Source: Candidatus Latescibacterota bacterium (GTDB taxonomy: Bacteria; Latescibacterota; UBA2968). From it: a stretch of 64,000 nt of DNA. The stretch covers positions 2,656,001 to 2,720,000 of the forward strand of contig OZ241986.1 in assembly GCA_965204375.1 (NCBI GenBank), given 5' to 3'. The stretch's first letter is position 1; every line of letters begins with the position of its first letter. This document shows, in pieces, positions 30,830-42,280 of this stretch. A model generated the notes under the pieces. That model saw only the letters and a program-made list of their open reading frames with translations. It was not told the origin of the DNA and made no database searches. The position numbers and the translations under genes were made by a program.

Positions 30830-32419
30830 ATGAGTGATAGACCGAATATTTTGTGGTTATCCTTAGAAGACACAAGCCCGAGATTTGGGTGTTATGGCGA
30901 TGAAGTAGCGCGCACGCCAAATCTCGACAAACTGGCATCGGAGGGATGCCGGTACCCCAATGCATTTTCAACGGCGGGCGTATGCGCGCCAAGTCGCTCG
31001 GCGATTATTACAGGCATGTATCAAACGGCAATTGGCTCGCAGCACATGCGCACGCGCCACACCAATGCGCACGCACCGCAAATGCCCACGCCCTATGATG
31101 CAGTACCCCCACATTATGTCAAATGTTTTCCAGAATATTTGCGGATGGCCGGGTATTACTGCACGAACAACACAAAAACCGACTATCAATTTACCCCGCC
31201 AATTACTGCCTGGGATGAATTGAGCGCACAAGCCCACTGGCGCAACCGTCCCGATGGCACGCCCTTCTTTGCGGTATTTAATCGCACCGTAACGCACGAA
31301 AGCGGCATGTGGCCCGAGAAACGCCCAGAAGTAGAGACCGATCCAGATACAGTCACATTACCGCCCTATATCCCCAACACGCCCAAAGCGCGACTATCAT
31401 TAGCGCGGCATTACGACAATATCGCCGACAACGATGCGTGGGTTGGCGAAATGCTACAGCAATTGGAAGACGATGGATTGGCAGACAACACAATAGTATT
31501 CATCTGGAGCGATCACGGCGAAGGACTACCTCGCGCCAAGCGCTGGCCCTATGATGCGGGCATTCGCATACCGTGCATCGTGCGCTGGCCGGGCAAATTG
31601 GAACCGGGCAGCGTCAATGAGCGGTTGGTGAGCATGATCGACCTTGGCCCGACCGTACTATCACTCGCCGGCGTACAAATCCCAGCCCACCTCCAGGGCC
31701 AACCCTTTGTGGGACCACAGGAAAAAGACCGGGATTACATATTCGCAACGCGGGATCGATACGACGAATCTTATGACATGATGCGCGCCGTGCGGGATAA
31801 GCGATTCAAATACATACGAAACTACATGACGGAAAACCCGTATTTATTGTGGATCCCCTATCGCAATCGGCATCCCGCATTGCAGGAAATGTGGCGGCTC
31901 CATCTCGCGGGCGAATTGGAAGGTGTACAAAATGTGATGTTTCAAAAACGCCCCGTAGAAGAATTGTACGACACGGAAAACGATCCATTTGAAGTCAACA
32001 ATCTCGCAGACGATCCCGCACACGCCGAAACTTTGAACCGCTTGCGCGGAGCACTGGACGACTGGCGCGAAAAATACGATGTATGGGGCGATGTGCCCGA
32101 AGATCAGATGGTATTTCGCATGTGGCAAGGAACAGAGCAACCGCAGACCGAATTACCGGTTTTTGTACCGATATGCGAAGAAAGCCCCGGGCGAGAGGCC
32201 GCGCCCGAAGGTGGAACTTTTAAAGGTCCGATAATCGTACAATTTTACTGCGGCACACAGGGCGCGTCAATGGCGTATCAACTCCCAGGCGATGAACACT
32301 GGCGATTGTACACCGAATCCATTCCTCTGCCAAAAGGCGAGACCACCATTCGCGCAAAAGCTATTCGAATAGGATACAAAGAGAGTGAGGAAGTGGAAGC
32401 GAATTTTGTCGTAACCTGA
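30830..32419 (+). CDS. Formylglycine-dependent sulfatase
   Basis: RPNILW, CAPSRSAIITG, WSDHG, EELYD. Confidence 0.92.
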   Translation: MSDRPNILWLSLEDTSPRFGCYGDEVARTPNLDKLASEGCRYPNAFSTAGVCAPSRSAIITGMYQTAIGSQHMRTRHTNAHAPQMPTPYDAVPPHYVKCFPEYLRMAGYYCTNNTKTDYQFTPPITAWDELSAQAHWRNRPDGTPFFAVFNRTVTHESGMWPEKRPEVETDPDTVTLPPYIPNTPKARLSLARHYDNIADNDAWVGEMLQQLEDDGLADNTIVFIWSDHGEGLPRAKRWPYDAGIRIPCIVRWPGKLEPGSVNERLVSMIDLGPTVLSLAGVQIPAHLQGQPFVGPQEKDRDYIFATRDRYDESYDMMRAVRDKRFKYIRNYMTENPYLLWIPYRNRHPALQEMWRLHLAGELEGVQNVMFQKRPVEELYDTENDPFEVNNLADDPAHAETLNRLRGALDDWREKYDVWGDVPEDQMVFRMWQGTEQPQTELPVFVPICEESPGREAAPEGGTFKGPIIVQFYCGTQGASMAYQLPGDEHWRLYTESIPLPKGETTIRAKAIRIGYKESEEVEANFVVT

Positions 32420-32455
32420 CCGCGAGGGCTGGTTTTTCTAAACAGGAGGTACATA

Positions 32456-33193
32456 GTGCGCAGGATGCAAATACTGAATAACAGCATTTCAGCACATGCT
32501 TTACTGCTCTTATTAGTAGGTGTGGCGGTGATCTCTACATCGCATGCACAGGACCTCATGGAGCGATTGCGAGAACGTATGGTAAGGACACAAATTGAAA
32601 ACCGAGGCATCAAAGACCCCGCTGTCCTGGAAGCGATGCGAAAAGTGGAACGCCACCAGTTTGTGCCCGAGTCTTATGCGTCACGAGCGTACGGCGATCA
32701 TCCATTGCCCATCGGCGAAGGACAGACCATTTCTCAACCGTATATTGTCGCACTAATGACCGAAGTGTTGAATTTGAAGGAATCGGATAAAGTGCTGGAA
32801 ATCGGAACGGGTTCGGGATATCAGGCGGCGGTCCTGGGCGAATTGTGTGACAGCATCTACACCATAGAAATTGTAGAAGTACTGGGCAAGCGCGCCGCAA
32901 ACTTGCTCAACACATTGGGATATGAGAATATCGAAGTGAAAGTTGGCGATGGGTACAAAGGATGGCCAGAACACGCGCCTTTTGATGCGATTATTGTGAC
33001 GTGTTCACCAACACAGGTACCCCAACCCCTTCAAGACCAACTCGCCGAAGGTGGACGCATGGTAATCCCAGTTGGAAAACGCGATGCACAAGAACTCGTG
33101 CTATTGACCAAGCAGGAAGGCAAATTGCAACAGCAACACATTATACCTGTCAGATTCGTGCCAATGGTAGATTCCACTGGCGCGACGTATTAG
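32456..33193 (+). CDS. pcm: Protein-L-isoaspartate O-methyltransferase with signal-peptide-like N-terminus
   Basis: QTISQPYIVA, LEIGTGSGYQAAVL, APFDAIIVT, VRFVPM. Confidence 0.95.
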   Translation: MRRMQILNNSISAHALLLLLVGVAVISTSHAQDLMERLRERMVRTQIENRGIKDPAVLEAMRKVERHQFVPESYASRAYGDHPLPIGEGQTISQPYIVALMTEVLNLKESDKVLEIGTGSGYQAAVLGELCDSIYTIEIVEVLGKRAANLLNTLGYENIEVKVGDGYKGWPEHAPFDAIIVTCSPTQVPQPLQDQLAEGGRMVIPVGKRDAQELVLLTKQEGKLQQQHIIPVRFVPMVDSTGATY

Positions 33194-33202
33194 ACTCACC
33201 CC

Positions 33203-34048
33203 TCACCTATCAATCCACTTATACGCAGCTTTTGAATTCTTCCAGAAGAACTTCTCCATCGCTTCTGGTCCCTTGTTCTCAATATAATGGGTGACAATAC
33301 TGAGCACGGTCTCATAGGGTGCTGCGCGTTCGCACACGAGCCAATTGCTACCATAGACCAGGCGATCTTCACCAAAAGCATGCCATAACACATCGAGCGT
33401 AGGCACATAATAAGCCGGATCGTCGGGGGCGGGTTGTTGTGCTGCGCGTTCAACCATACCAGACACCTTGCAATACACATTGGAGTATTTAGCAATAGTC
33501 TGAATACCCTGCACCCATTCGGGATCGGGCGCTTCACCCGTTACCTCAACATGCGCCACATGGTCGATAACAATGCGCAGACTGGGGATTTGCTCGGCAA
33601 TAACAGCATTGATGGGCAACTGTTTGCCATTGGTCATCAAATCGAGTTGCAAATCGCGGTCGGCCAATTTTTGGAGTTGTGGCATAAGAGCGTCTTGATC
33701 TTCCAAACTACCCCGCTGAAGACCCAGACGAATCCCGCGATAGAGCGGATCGGCTGAAAAGCGGTTGAGATTCTTCTCAAAATCTTCGGTCTTGGGATCC
33801 AGGCTACCAACAAAGCCGACAATACAGGGATTATCTGCTGCGAGATCCAGAATCCACTGATTGTCTTCAACGAGCTTGCTGGCTTCAACCACAACCGTAC
33901 CCGTCACCCCCATCTTTTCGGTGCGTTCAACAAAGTGTTGCGGCAAAATGGGGCGATAGAGCAATTCATTGTCTTCGGGCGGCCAGGGAACGCCGCCAGG
34001 TCGCGTCGTGTCATAAAAATGAACATGTGTATCAATGATCATAGACAT
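33203..34048 (-). CDS. Amidohydrolase family 2 (sugar lactonase-like)
   Basis: IDTHVH, VIDH, CKVSG, FGEDRLVYGSNW. Confidence 0.85.
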   Translation of the reverse strand: MSMIIDTHVHFYDTTRPGGVPWPPEDNELLYRPILPQHFVERTEKMGVTGTVVVEASKLVEDNQWILDLAADNPCIVGFVGSLDPKTEDFEKNLNRFSADPLYRGIRLGLQRGSLEDQDALMPQLQKLADRDLQLDLMTNGKQLPINAVIAEQIPSLRIVIDHVAHVEVTGEAPDPEWVQGIQTIAKYSNVYCKVSGMVERAAQQPAPDDPAYYVPTLDVLWHAFGEDRLVYGSNWLVCERAAPYETVLSIVTHYIENKGPEAMEKFFWKNSKAAYKWIDR

Positions 34049-34065
34049 ATCCTTTCCGATCAAAA

Positions 34066-34938
34066 TTATTTAATTCCCGACATTTTTCTCAGCACTTCGA
34101 CAATAGCGGAATTATCCTGTTCTGCAAGACCGAGCGCAACGCCCGTGCGCAAAAGTTGGGCGTGAAGCCCGGTTACGGGCAATGGTGTCTCCGTGCGCGC
34201 GCCGAGGTCAAGGATGAGTTCCACATCTTTTAAGTGCTGATCCAATGCAGCCTGAGTGGTAAAATCTCCGGTGATCATTTTTTCGCCTTTAATATCCATC
34301 ACGCGAGAATACGCGCCACCCATCTTAAAAACATCGAGCAAAACATCGATATCCACCCCTGTTTTTTGTGCGAGAACAAGCCCCTCGGCCAATACGAGAC
34401 GGTTGAGACCGAGCACGAGATTGACAATGAGTTTGGCTTCCGCACCTTTGCCCGAAGGTCCCATGTGAAAAGTCTTAAGGGAAAAAGCTTCAAAAATATC
34501 CGTACACAACTCAAAAACGGGTAACGTGCCACCGACCATCACGAGAACATCCGATTCTCGCACCTGCTTGCTGGAGCCGAGAATGGTCGCATCGAGAAAG
34601 CGAATGCTTCTGCTTTCAAGACGTTTGGCAAGCGCAGTTGACATCTGCGGATCGGCTGTGGTCGTATCCACTATAATTGCGCCGGGAGATGCCGCAGACA
34701 AAACGCCCCTCGCGCCTGTAACCACATCGTTGACAACATAAGAGTCGGGAAGCGAAAGAACGATTCGACGCGCTTTATCGGCGACATCGGCTGGCGATTT
34801 GCAGGGCGTAAAACCGTCGCCTTCATGTGCTTTTATTCTTTCGGGATCAATATCATACCCCGCAATTTCTAAACCTTTGTCGCGAAAGCGTTCCACGAGT
34901 GCGGACCCGACGAGTCCAAGTCCGATAAGACCGAGCAT
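34066..34938 (-). CDS. Beta-hydroxyacid dehydrogenase family NAD(P)-dependent oxidoreductase
   Basis: GLIGLGLVG, DATILG, AKLIVN, KDVELI; start moved to ATG after AGGAGG. Confidence 0.88.
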   Translation of the reverse strand: MLGLIGLGLVGSALVERFRDKGLEIAGYDIDPERIKAHEGDGFTPCKSPADVADKARRIVLSLPDSYVVNDVVTGARGVLSAASPGAIIVDTTTADPQMSTALAKRLESRSIRFLDATILGSSKQVRESDVLVMVGGTLPVFELCTDIFEAFSLKTFHMGPSGKGAEAKLIVNLVLGLNRLVLAEGLVLAQKTGVDIDVLLDVFKMGGAYSRVMDIKGEKMITGDFTTQAALDQHLKDVELILDLGARTETPLPVTGLHAQLLRTGVALGLAEQDNSAIVEVLRKMSGIK

Positions 34939-35142
34939 GGGACCTCCTGTAAAAAAATAATAAAACCGTATTATGCACGGCAGATAATATGTCAAATCTT
35001 AAAACAAACGAGACCAGTGCTTACAAAAATACTGTACAATCAGATTCTTGCCAAATAAGAAAATAGTGTTGAATCCCTGCGGGCATTGTTTATCTTAAGA
35101 CCATAACAATATGCCCAAAAACACTCACAACAGGAGCTATAA

Positions 35143-35892
35143 ATGAGTCTGGAACCCATTCAAACACCGGATATAGAACGCCCACCAAAAGCATTGATCG
35201 ACGCGTTATCACATATTGGCAGCGCTACAGCCAGTGGAGAATTATTCAAGCTGGGTATCCGCAATGCCCAGATTTTGGGTCCCCTTCCCCGAACGCCGGG
35301 CAAATCAATTTGCGGCCCGGCACTAACGCTACAATTTATGCCCAAACGAGAAGACTTGCATTCATCGGGTGAATATCAGGGACCGGAAAGACAATTGCAT
35401 CGCCACGTGTTGTATCACACACAGCCAGGCGATGTGGTCGTAGTCGATGCTCGAGGCGACTTGAGCAGTGGCGTTTTTGGCGAAATGATGCTGACCTATT
35501 TCTGCGGGCAGGGCGGTTGTGGTGCGATTGTCGATGGTTGTATTCGCGATTTTCCCCACGCCAGGGAATTAAACCTCGGCTTATGGCTTAAAGGAACAAC
35601 GCCCAATTTTCACGCGCAAACCAATATTTTCCCCCACGCTGTGAATGTCCCGATAGCGTGTGGTGACACGCTTGTAATGCCTGGCGATATTATTATTGCC
35701 GACGACGACGGCGCCGTAGTAGTACCGATTAAACTCGCGCCTGAATTGGCAGAAAAAGCGACCGAACACGCCGAATGGGAAGTCTTTAGCCGAATGAAAC
35801 TCGCCGAAGGCGGCGACCTGCGGAAATATTATCCACTGACAGATGAAGCGCGGGTTGAATATGAAGCGTGGCAAAAAGAAGAGAGAAGTTAG
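35143..35892 (+). CDS. RraA/HMG-aldolase family protein
   Basis: GPALT, PGDVVVVDARG, DGCIRD, VMPGDIIIADDDG. Confidence 0.88.
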   Translation: MSLEPIQTPDIERPPKALIDALSHIGSATASGELFKLGIRNAQILGPLPRTPGKSICGPALTLQFMPKREDLHSSGEYQGPERQLHRHVLYHTQPGDVVVVDARGDLSSGVFGEMMLTYFCGQGGCGAIVDGCIRDFPHARELNLGLWLKGTTPNFHAQTNIFPHAVNVPIACGDTLVMPGDIIIADDDGAVVVPIKLAPELAEKATEHAEWEVFSRMKLAEGGDLRKYYPLTDEARVEYEAWQKEERS

Positions 35893-36028
35893 AAGAGTGA
35901 AGTGTGAAGTAGGAAGAGTTGTAGCGGCGACCCGTTGTAAACCGCTCGTGGTCGCCCACTGGCACTGGTACACCGCGGGGACGGCGCGGGGTGGACTTCT
36001 TACTTCTCACTTCTTACTTTTTACTTTC
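35885..36028. repeat. Inverted-heptamer element copy A with internal REP-like palindrome
   Basis: GAAGTGT/GAAGTAG arm; core with GTAGCGGCGACC...GGTCGCC; CTTCTTA/CTTCTCA arm. Confidence 0.7.
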
Positions 36029-36957
36029 GCATGTCTGGCCGCGCCTAAAATCCCCGCATCATCTCCCAATTCAGCAGAAACAATCTGCACATGTTCTTTT
36101 ACACCAACAGTACCGCGATCCCAAAAAGTTCGCATTGCCGGATCAAAAATCCAATCACCCGCCTGCGCCAATCCGCCTGTTAGTGCAACGCGATCCACAT
36201 TCAATACATTCACCAGACTCACCAGCCCCACACCGAGGAAAAACCCTGTCTCCTCAAACATCTGCATCGCAAAATCATCACCCGCCTCTGCCGCTTCAAA
36301 AATAACCTGTGTGGTCAAACCCTCGGCTTTCAGAGACGTCTCCGGCTTTTCCCCTTCAAGTCTTTCCAACGTACGGCGCACCATAGCCGTGGCAGATGCA
36401 TACATCTCCAAACATCCAAAATTGCCACACGGACAGCGCGGCCCATTGTGGTCCACTGTAATATGCCCCACCTCGGCCGCATTGCCATTAAACCCGTGCA
36501 TAACCCGTCCCTCGCTAATCCATCCACCGCCAACTCCTGTACCCAGAGTCACGCACAAAAAGTGATCAACACCTCGACCTGCTCCCAGCCATTGCTCGCC
36601 ATAAGCAGCCAAATTTGCATCATTATCCACCACCACGCCCAGACCGAGCAGCGCCTCCAGGCGATCCTTTAACCGCACACCGTGCATACACTGTAAATTC
36701 TCGGGCGATATGATCACACCTTCAAACGGATCTAAAGGACCTGGCGCACCAACCCCGACACCCTGCACTTCATCCAGTGAAATCCCGCCATCCCGCGCAG
36801 CCGCACGCGCACATTCAACAATGCCTTCTACCACACCTTCGGCACCCAGATGCAATCGCGTCGGTCGTCGCGCTCTGCCCACAATCTCACCCGACGCTGT
36901 CACAAGCCCCGCACGCGTATTGGTGCCTCCCAAATCTATACCAATCGTCACACTCAT
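36007..36957 (-). CDS. ROK family sugar kinase (glucokinase-like)
   Basis: GIDLGGT, DNDAN, TLGTGVGGG, EVGH, CPCGNFGCLE. Confidence 0.93.
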   Translation of the reverse strand: MSVTIGIDLGGTNTRAGLVTASGEIVGRARRPTRLHLGAEGVVEGIVECARAAARDGGISLDEVQGVGVGAPGPLDPFEGVIISPENLQCMHGVRLKDRLEALLGLGVVVDNDANLAAYGEQWLGAGRGVDHFLCVTLGTGVGGGWISEGRVMHGFNGNAAEVGHITVDHNGPRCPCGNFGCLEMYASATAMVRRTLERLEGEKPETSLKAEGLTTQVIFEAAEAGDDFAMQMFEETGFFLGVGLVSLVNVLNVDRVALTGGLAQAGDWIFDPAMRTFWDRGTVGVKEHVQIVSAELGDDAGILGAARHAKVKSKK

Positions 36958-37595
36958 TTTTTCGCTCGCGCCTGTGCCACAGCATCTACAAACGATTTTG
37001 CCGTCGCCGTCAAAGATGCCCAGTCTTTATTATCCACAGCCGTCTTATCGACCATCGCGCTGCCAGCCCCCACAGCCACCGCGCCATTTTTGATAAACTC
37101 GGGCGTTGTTTTGGCATCTACCCCACCCGTGGGCATAAGCTTCACCTGCGGCAAAGGACCCAGAATATCCTTAAAATAAGACGGTCCCCCCACGCCAGCG
37201 GGAAACACCTTGACCACATCGGCCCCTGCTTGCCACGCCGTCAAAATTTCCGTAGGCGTAAACCCTGCGGGCATCACGGCCTTGCCATACCGCTTGCTCA
37301 TCTCGATCACCGCCGTATTCAAAATGGGACTCACCACATATTCTGCGCCGGACAGAATTGCTGCCCGCGCCGTCTCTGGATCGAGCACAGACCCCACCCC
37401 AATAATCGTATCTTCCATCTTTGCCGACGCTTCTTCAATCACCTTCAGCGCCCCCGGCACCGTCATCGTCACCTCAATCGCCACCACACCGCCTTCGCGC
37501 AACGCCTTTGACACATCCATCAACTGAGACGGATTATCTGCACGCAACACAGCGACCACGCCGCAATCAATAATGCGATCTACAGTACTTGACAT
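36954..37595 (-). CDS. eda: KDPG/KHG aldolase
   Basis: VAVLR, EVT, GVGSV, TPTE, KVFPA, MPTGGV. Confidence 0.93.
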   Translation of the reverse strand: MSSTVDRIIDCGVVAVLRADNPSQLMDVSKALREGGVVAIEVTMTVPGALKVIEEASAKMEDTIIGVGSVLDPETARAAILSGAEYVVSPILNTAVIEMSKRYGKAVMPAGFTPTEILTAWQAGADVVKVFPAGVGGPSYFKDILGPLPQVKLMPTGGVDAKTTPEFIKNGAVAVGAGSAMVDKTAVDNKDWASLTATAKSFVDAVAQARAKK

Positions 37596-37670
37596 TTTTC
37601 CTCCCCAAAATTAAACCTCTCTCCAAAAATAGAGAGAGGCGTTATGTTATTGGCGCATTCATCTCAGACT

Positions 37671-38714
37671 CTACCGTCTAATCCGTGCACTCTCACCCTT
37701 CATTGCACTCTCGGCTTCCTCACGCGTAGCCCAGTTCACATCTCCCGGGAACGTATGTGCAAGCGCCGAATAAGCCCCTGCAAAATCCACGATATCCTGA
37801 GCGGACTTGCCCTCGAGCACCCCGGCAATAATACCCGCTGAAAAATTATCGCCACCACCCACGCGATCCACCATCTCCAAATCTTCATAAATGCGCGAAA
37901 AATAAAACTCACTACCATCGTAAAGCAGCGTACGCCAGTCATTCAGCAATCCGGTCTTCGCAACGCGCAGAGTTGTGCCCACAAGCGTCACATTGGGATA
38001 TTGCGATACGGCTTTGCGCGCGACATCTTTATAGCTTTCGGGATCCAGCGCATCGTAATCGCCCGATGTGCCTTCGGCTTTAAGCCCCATCGTTTTTTCA
38101 AAATCCTCTTCATTGCCGATAAGCACCTGCACGTGCGGAATACACTTTGCAATTGTCTCCTGTGCTTGTTCTGCACTCCACAATTTGGATCTGAAATTGA
38201 GATCAAAACTCGTGGTCACGCCTGCATTGCGGGCTGCTACCAGCGCTTCTACTGTAGCCTCTGCCGCACCTTCGGACAACGCGGGGGTAATCCCACTGAC
38301 GTGAAACCACTTGCTCCCTTCAAAAATAGATGCCCAATCCACCATCCCGGGTTTGATATTCATAATCGCGGTATGGCCTCTGTCATACGTCACCGCACTC
38401 GCACGCGGTCCCACCCCAACTTCCATGTGATAAAATCCATTGCGCTCGAGTCCCACACCATCAAAATCCGTCCACAAAATATTGGACATATCCACCCCGT
38501 GCTCGCGCCCCTTGTTGCGAATAATCCAACCCGTCCAATTATCGACCAGGCGGGACACCCACGCCGCCTTCAATCCCAAATGCGCGCAACCGACCGCGAC
38601 ATTGTATTCCCCCCCACCGATCTCGACATCGAGTTTACTCGCATTCTCCAATCGGCGGTATTCTGGCGAAGACAACCGAATCATCGCCTCGCCAAAAGTC
38701 ACGACATCGTACAT
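37671..38714 (-). CDS. kdgK: 2-keto-3-deoxygluconate kinase (PfkB family)
   Basis: VTFGEAMIRL, GGGEYNVA, SGITPALS, DLNFR, DRVGGGDNF; adjacent to eda. Confidence 0.88.
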   Translation of the reverse strand: MYDVVTFGEAMIRLSSPEYRRLENASKLDVEIGGGEYNVAVGCAHLGLKAAWVSRLVDNWTGWIIRNKGREHGVDMSNILWTDFDGVGLERNGFYHMEVGVGPRASAVTYDRGHTAIMNIKPGMVDWASIFEGSKWFHVSGITPALSEGAAEATVEALVAARNAGVTTSFDLNFRSKLWSAEQAQETIAKCIPHVQVLIGNEEDFEKTMGLKAEGTSGDYDALDPESYKDVARKAVSQYPNVTLVGTTLRVAKTGLLNDWRTLLYDGSEFYFSRIYEDLEMVDRVGGGDNFSAGIIAGVLEGKSAQDIVDFAGAYSALAHTFPGDVNWATREEAESAMKGESARIRR

Positions 38715-38731
38715 ATAGTCCTCCAAAAAAA

Positions 38732-38828
38732 GAAGTAAGAAGTGAGAAATGAGAAGTGAGAAGTCCCCCAACACCACCCCAGAGCGGGTGCTTCTTCACC
38801 CTTCACACTTCCTACTTCACACTTCATT
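38732..38828. repeat. Inverted-heptamer element copy B (opposite orientation)
   Basis: GAAGTAA GAAGTGA GAAATGA GAAGTGA / core / CTTCACA CTTCCTA CTTCACA. Confidence 0.75.
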
Positions 38829-39509
38829 CTATTCATCCGATCCGCCCAAAAAACCCGCCATCCACAGCAGGCGCAACAACTCCAAAATCGCCACCAGTGC
38901 TGATGCGACATAAGTCAGCGCGGCGGCATTCAAAACCTTGCGCGAAGCGGGGATCTCCTCAGACGTCAAATATCCGCCATCTGCCAGAATCTGAATAGCC
39001 CGACTGCTCGCATTAAATTCAACTGGCAAGGTGACAATACTAAAAACCACAGCCGCAGAAAAGAACACAATACCCAAAAACAGCAGTTCAAATATGCTGA
39101 AAAGTGCCCCGGCAATAATGAAAATCCACGCCGCCTTCGATCCCAAATTAGCCACCGGAACCAGACTCGTCCGAAGAGACAGGGGCACATATCCCTGTGC
39201 GTGTTGAAACGCATGCCCGGCTTCGTGAGCAGCCACGCCAATCGCGGCTAAGGAGCGATTCCCATACACACTTTCCGACAGGCGCAACATGCGATCTCTC
39301 GGATCGTAGTGATCTGTCAAATGCCCCTGCACAGGCTCCACGCCCACGGGTAAACCGCCGCGACGCAAAATATCTCGCGCGACCTGATCGGCAGTCGCAC
39401 CGCTTCGCGCAACAAATTCATCGTACTTGCGAAACGTGCGCTTCACCTTAAATTGAGCCCACAGCGTAATGGCTATTCCTATAAACATCACCATCAAACC
39501 TACCAGCAT
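38829..39509 (-). CDS. Neutral zinc metallopeptidase (YugP family)
   Basis: LTDHYDP, AAHEAGHA, TLPVEFNASSRA, AAALTYVA. Confidence 0.93.
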   Translation of the reverse strand: MLVGLMVMFIGIAITLWAQFKVKRTFRKYDEFVARSGATADQVARDILRRGGLPVGVEPVQGHLTDHYDPRDRMLRLSESVYGNRSLAAIGVAAHEAGHAFQHAQGYVPLSLRTSLVPVANLGSKAAWIFIIAGALFSIFELLFLGIVFFSAAVVFSIVTLPVEFNASSRAIQILADGGYLTSEEIPASRKVLNAAALTYVASALVAILELLRLLWMAGFLGGSDE

Positions 39510-39527
39510 GACCTTCACCTCCTGAAA

Positions 39528-39558
39528 CAGTTGTCAGTTATCAGTTATCGGTTGTCAG
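39528..39558. repeat. Heptamer array (CAGTTRT)x4
   Basis: CAGTTGT CAGTTAT CAGTTAT CGGTTGT CAG. Confidence 0.75.
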
Positions 39559-39574
39559 CCTTCGCGTCTCACCA

Positions 39575-40504
39575 TTAACCAAATTTTTCGCCAACCTCAA
39601 TGCGATATCCCCGCACAAAATCAGCACCGGACATGCGTTTTTTACCTGCCGGTTGCACCTCGTCCAGCACGAGAACCCCTTCGCCCGTCCCCACAATCAG
39701 TCCGCGTTTCCCATCTACACCAATAACGGTACCCGCTTCTCCCTGCCCCGTGTCAACTGTTGCCCTGTGAACCTTCAACAGTTTATCGCGCCAGAGTGTA
39801 AACGCCCCCGGAAAAGGATTGGTTCCCCGAATGAGATTGCGAATATCCCCAGTGCCTTTCGACCAATCAATCTCCCCATCTTCCTTCTCTAATTTTGGAG
39901 CGCGACTCACCCCTTCGTCCGTCTGCGGCACGGGCATAACAGAACCATCTGACATGCCATCAATAGCCCGAATGAGCAACTCAGCGCCCTGCACCTTCAA
40001 CCGCTCATACAGTTCACCCGCCGTCTCATCGTCCCCAATCGCCACCTTTTGCTGAATTAAAACATCGCCGGCATCCACGCGCGGCGACAATTGAAAAATG
40101 GTCACACCCGTCTCGGTCTCACCATTGATAATAGCCCATTGAATAGGCGCTGCCCCGCGGTATTTGGGCAACAGAGATGGGTGGACATTCACAGAACCCA
40201 ATTTTGGAATCGCCAGCACAGAACGCGGCAAAATCAGAAAAGCCACCACCGCAAATAAATCCGGTTCCAGAGCCTGCAACTGCGCGTGAAAATTCTCATC
40301 TCTGAGCGATTCGGGCTGCAAAACCGGCACATCCAATCCCAGCGACGCAACCGCAGCCTTCACATCGGTTGGTTGCATCTGCTGACCCCGACCGCGTGGC
40401 CTATCTGGCCGCGTCACCACGCCCACAAGATCATGACTGCTTTGAGCCACGCCCTCGAGCGACGGCACTGCAAAATCGGGCGTGCCCATAAACACCACCC
40501 TCAT
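39575..40504 (-). CDS. fmt: Methionyl-tRNA formyltransferase
   Basis: FMGTPDFA, PDRPRGRG, NVHPSLLPKYRGAAPIQ. Confidence 0.97.
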   Translation of the reverse strand: MRVVFMGTPDFAVPSLEGVAQSSHDLVGVVTRPDRPRGRGQQMQPTDVKAAVASLGLDVPVLQPESLRDENFHAQLQALEPDLFAVVAFLILPRSVLAIPKLGSVNVHPSLLPKYRGAAPIQWAIINGETETGVTIFQLSPRVDAGDVLIQQKVAIGDDETAGELYERLKVQGAELLIRAIDGMSDGSVMPVPQTDEGVSRAPKLEKEDGEIDWSKGTGDIRNLIRGTNPFPGAFTLWRDKLLKVHRATVDTGQGEAGTVIGVDGKRGLIVGTGEGVLVLDEVQPAGKKRMSGADFVRGYRIEVGEKFG

Positions 40505-40525
40505 CGCCAATCTTCACCTCTCTGA

Positions 40526-42146
<1,621 letters not shown>

Positions 42147-42148
42147 TC

Positions 42149-42177
42149 AATATAACATCCCATCCCTCATGCGTCAA
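42149..42177 (-). promoter_or_regulatory. Sigma70 promoter of the tgt operon
   Basis: Minus strand TTGACG-17 bp-TATATT. Confidence 0.65.
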
Positions 42178-42178
42178 G

Positions 42179-42280
42179 GAAGTGTGAAGTAAGAAGTGTG
42201 AAGTAGGAAGTAGAATGAAGCACCATTCTTTGGGGGCGAGGCGGGGTTTTCTTCCTTCTCACTTCTCACTTCTCACTTCT
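42179..42280. repeat. Inverted-heptamer element copy C
   Basis: GAAGTGT GAAGTAA GAAGTGT GAAGTAG / core / CTTCTCA x3. Confidence 0.75.

Noticed and set aside
35843-36565. 240-aa plus-strand ORF and other ORFs containing VKCEVG or SHFLLL
   Set aside because: Translations of heptamer arrays and antisense shadows of real genes.
37616-37639. Hairpin between kdgK and eda as a terminator
   Set aside because: Stem present but only a weak T-tract, inside an apparent operon.
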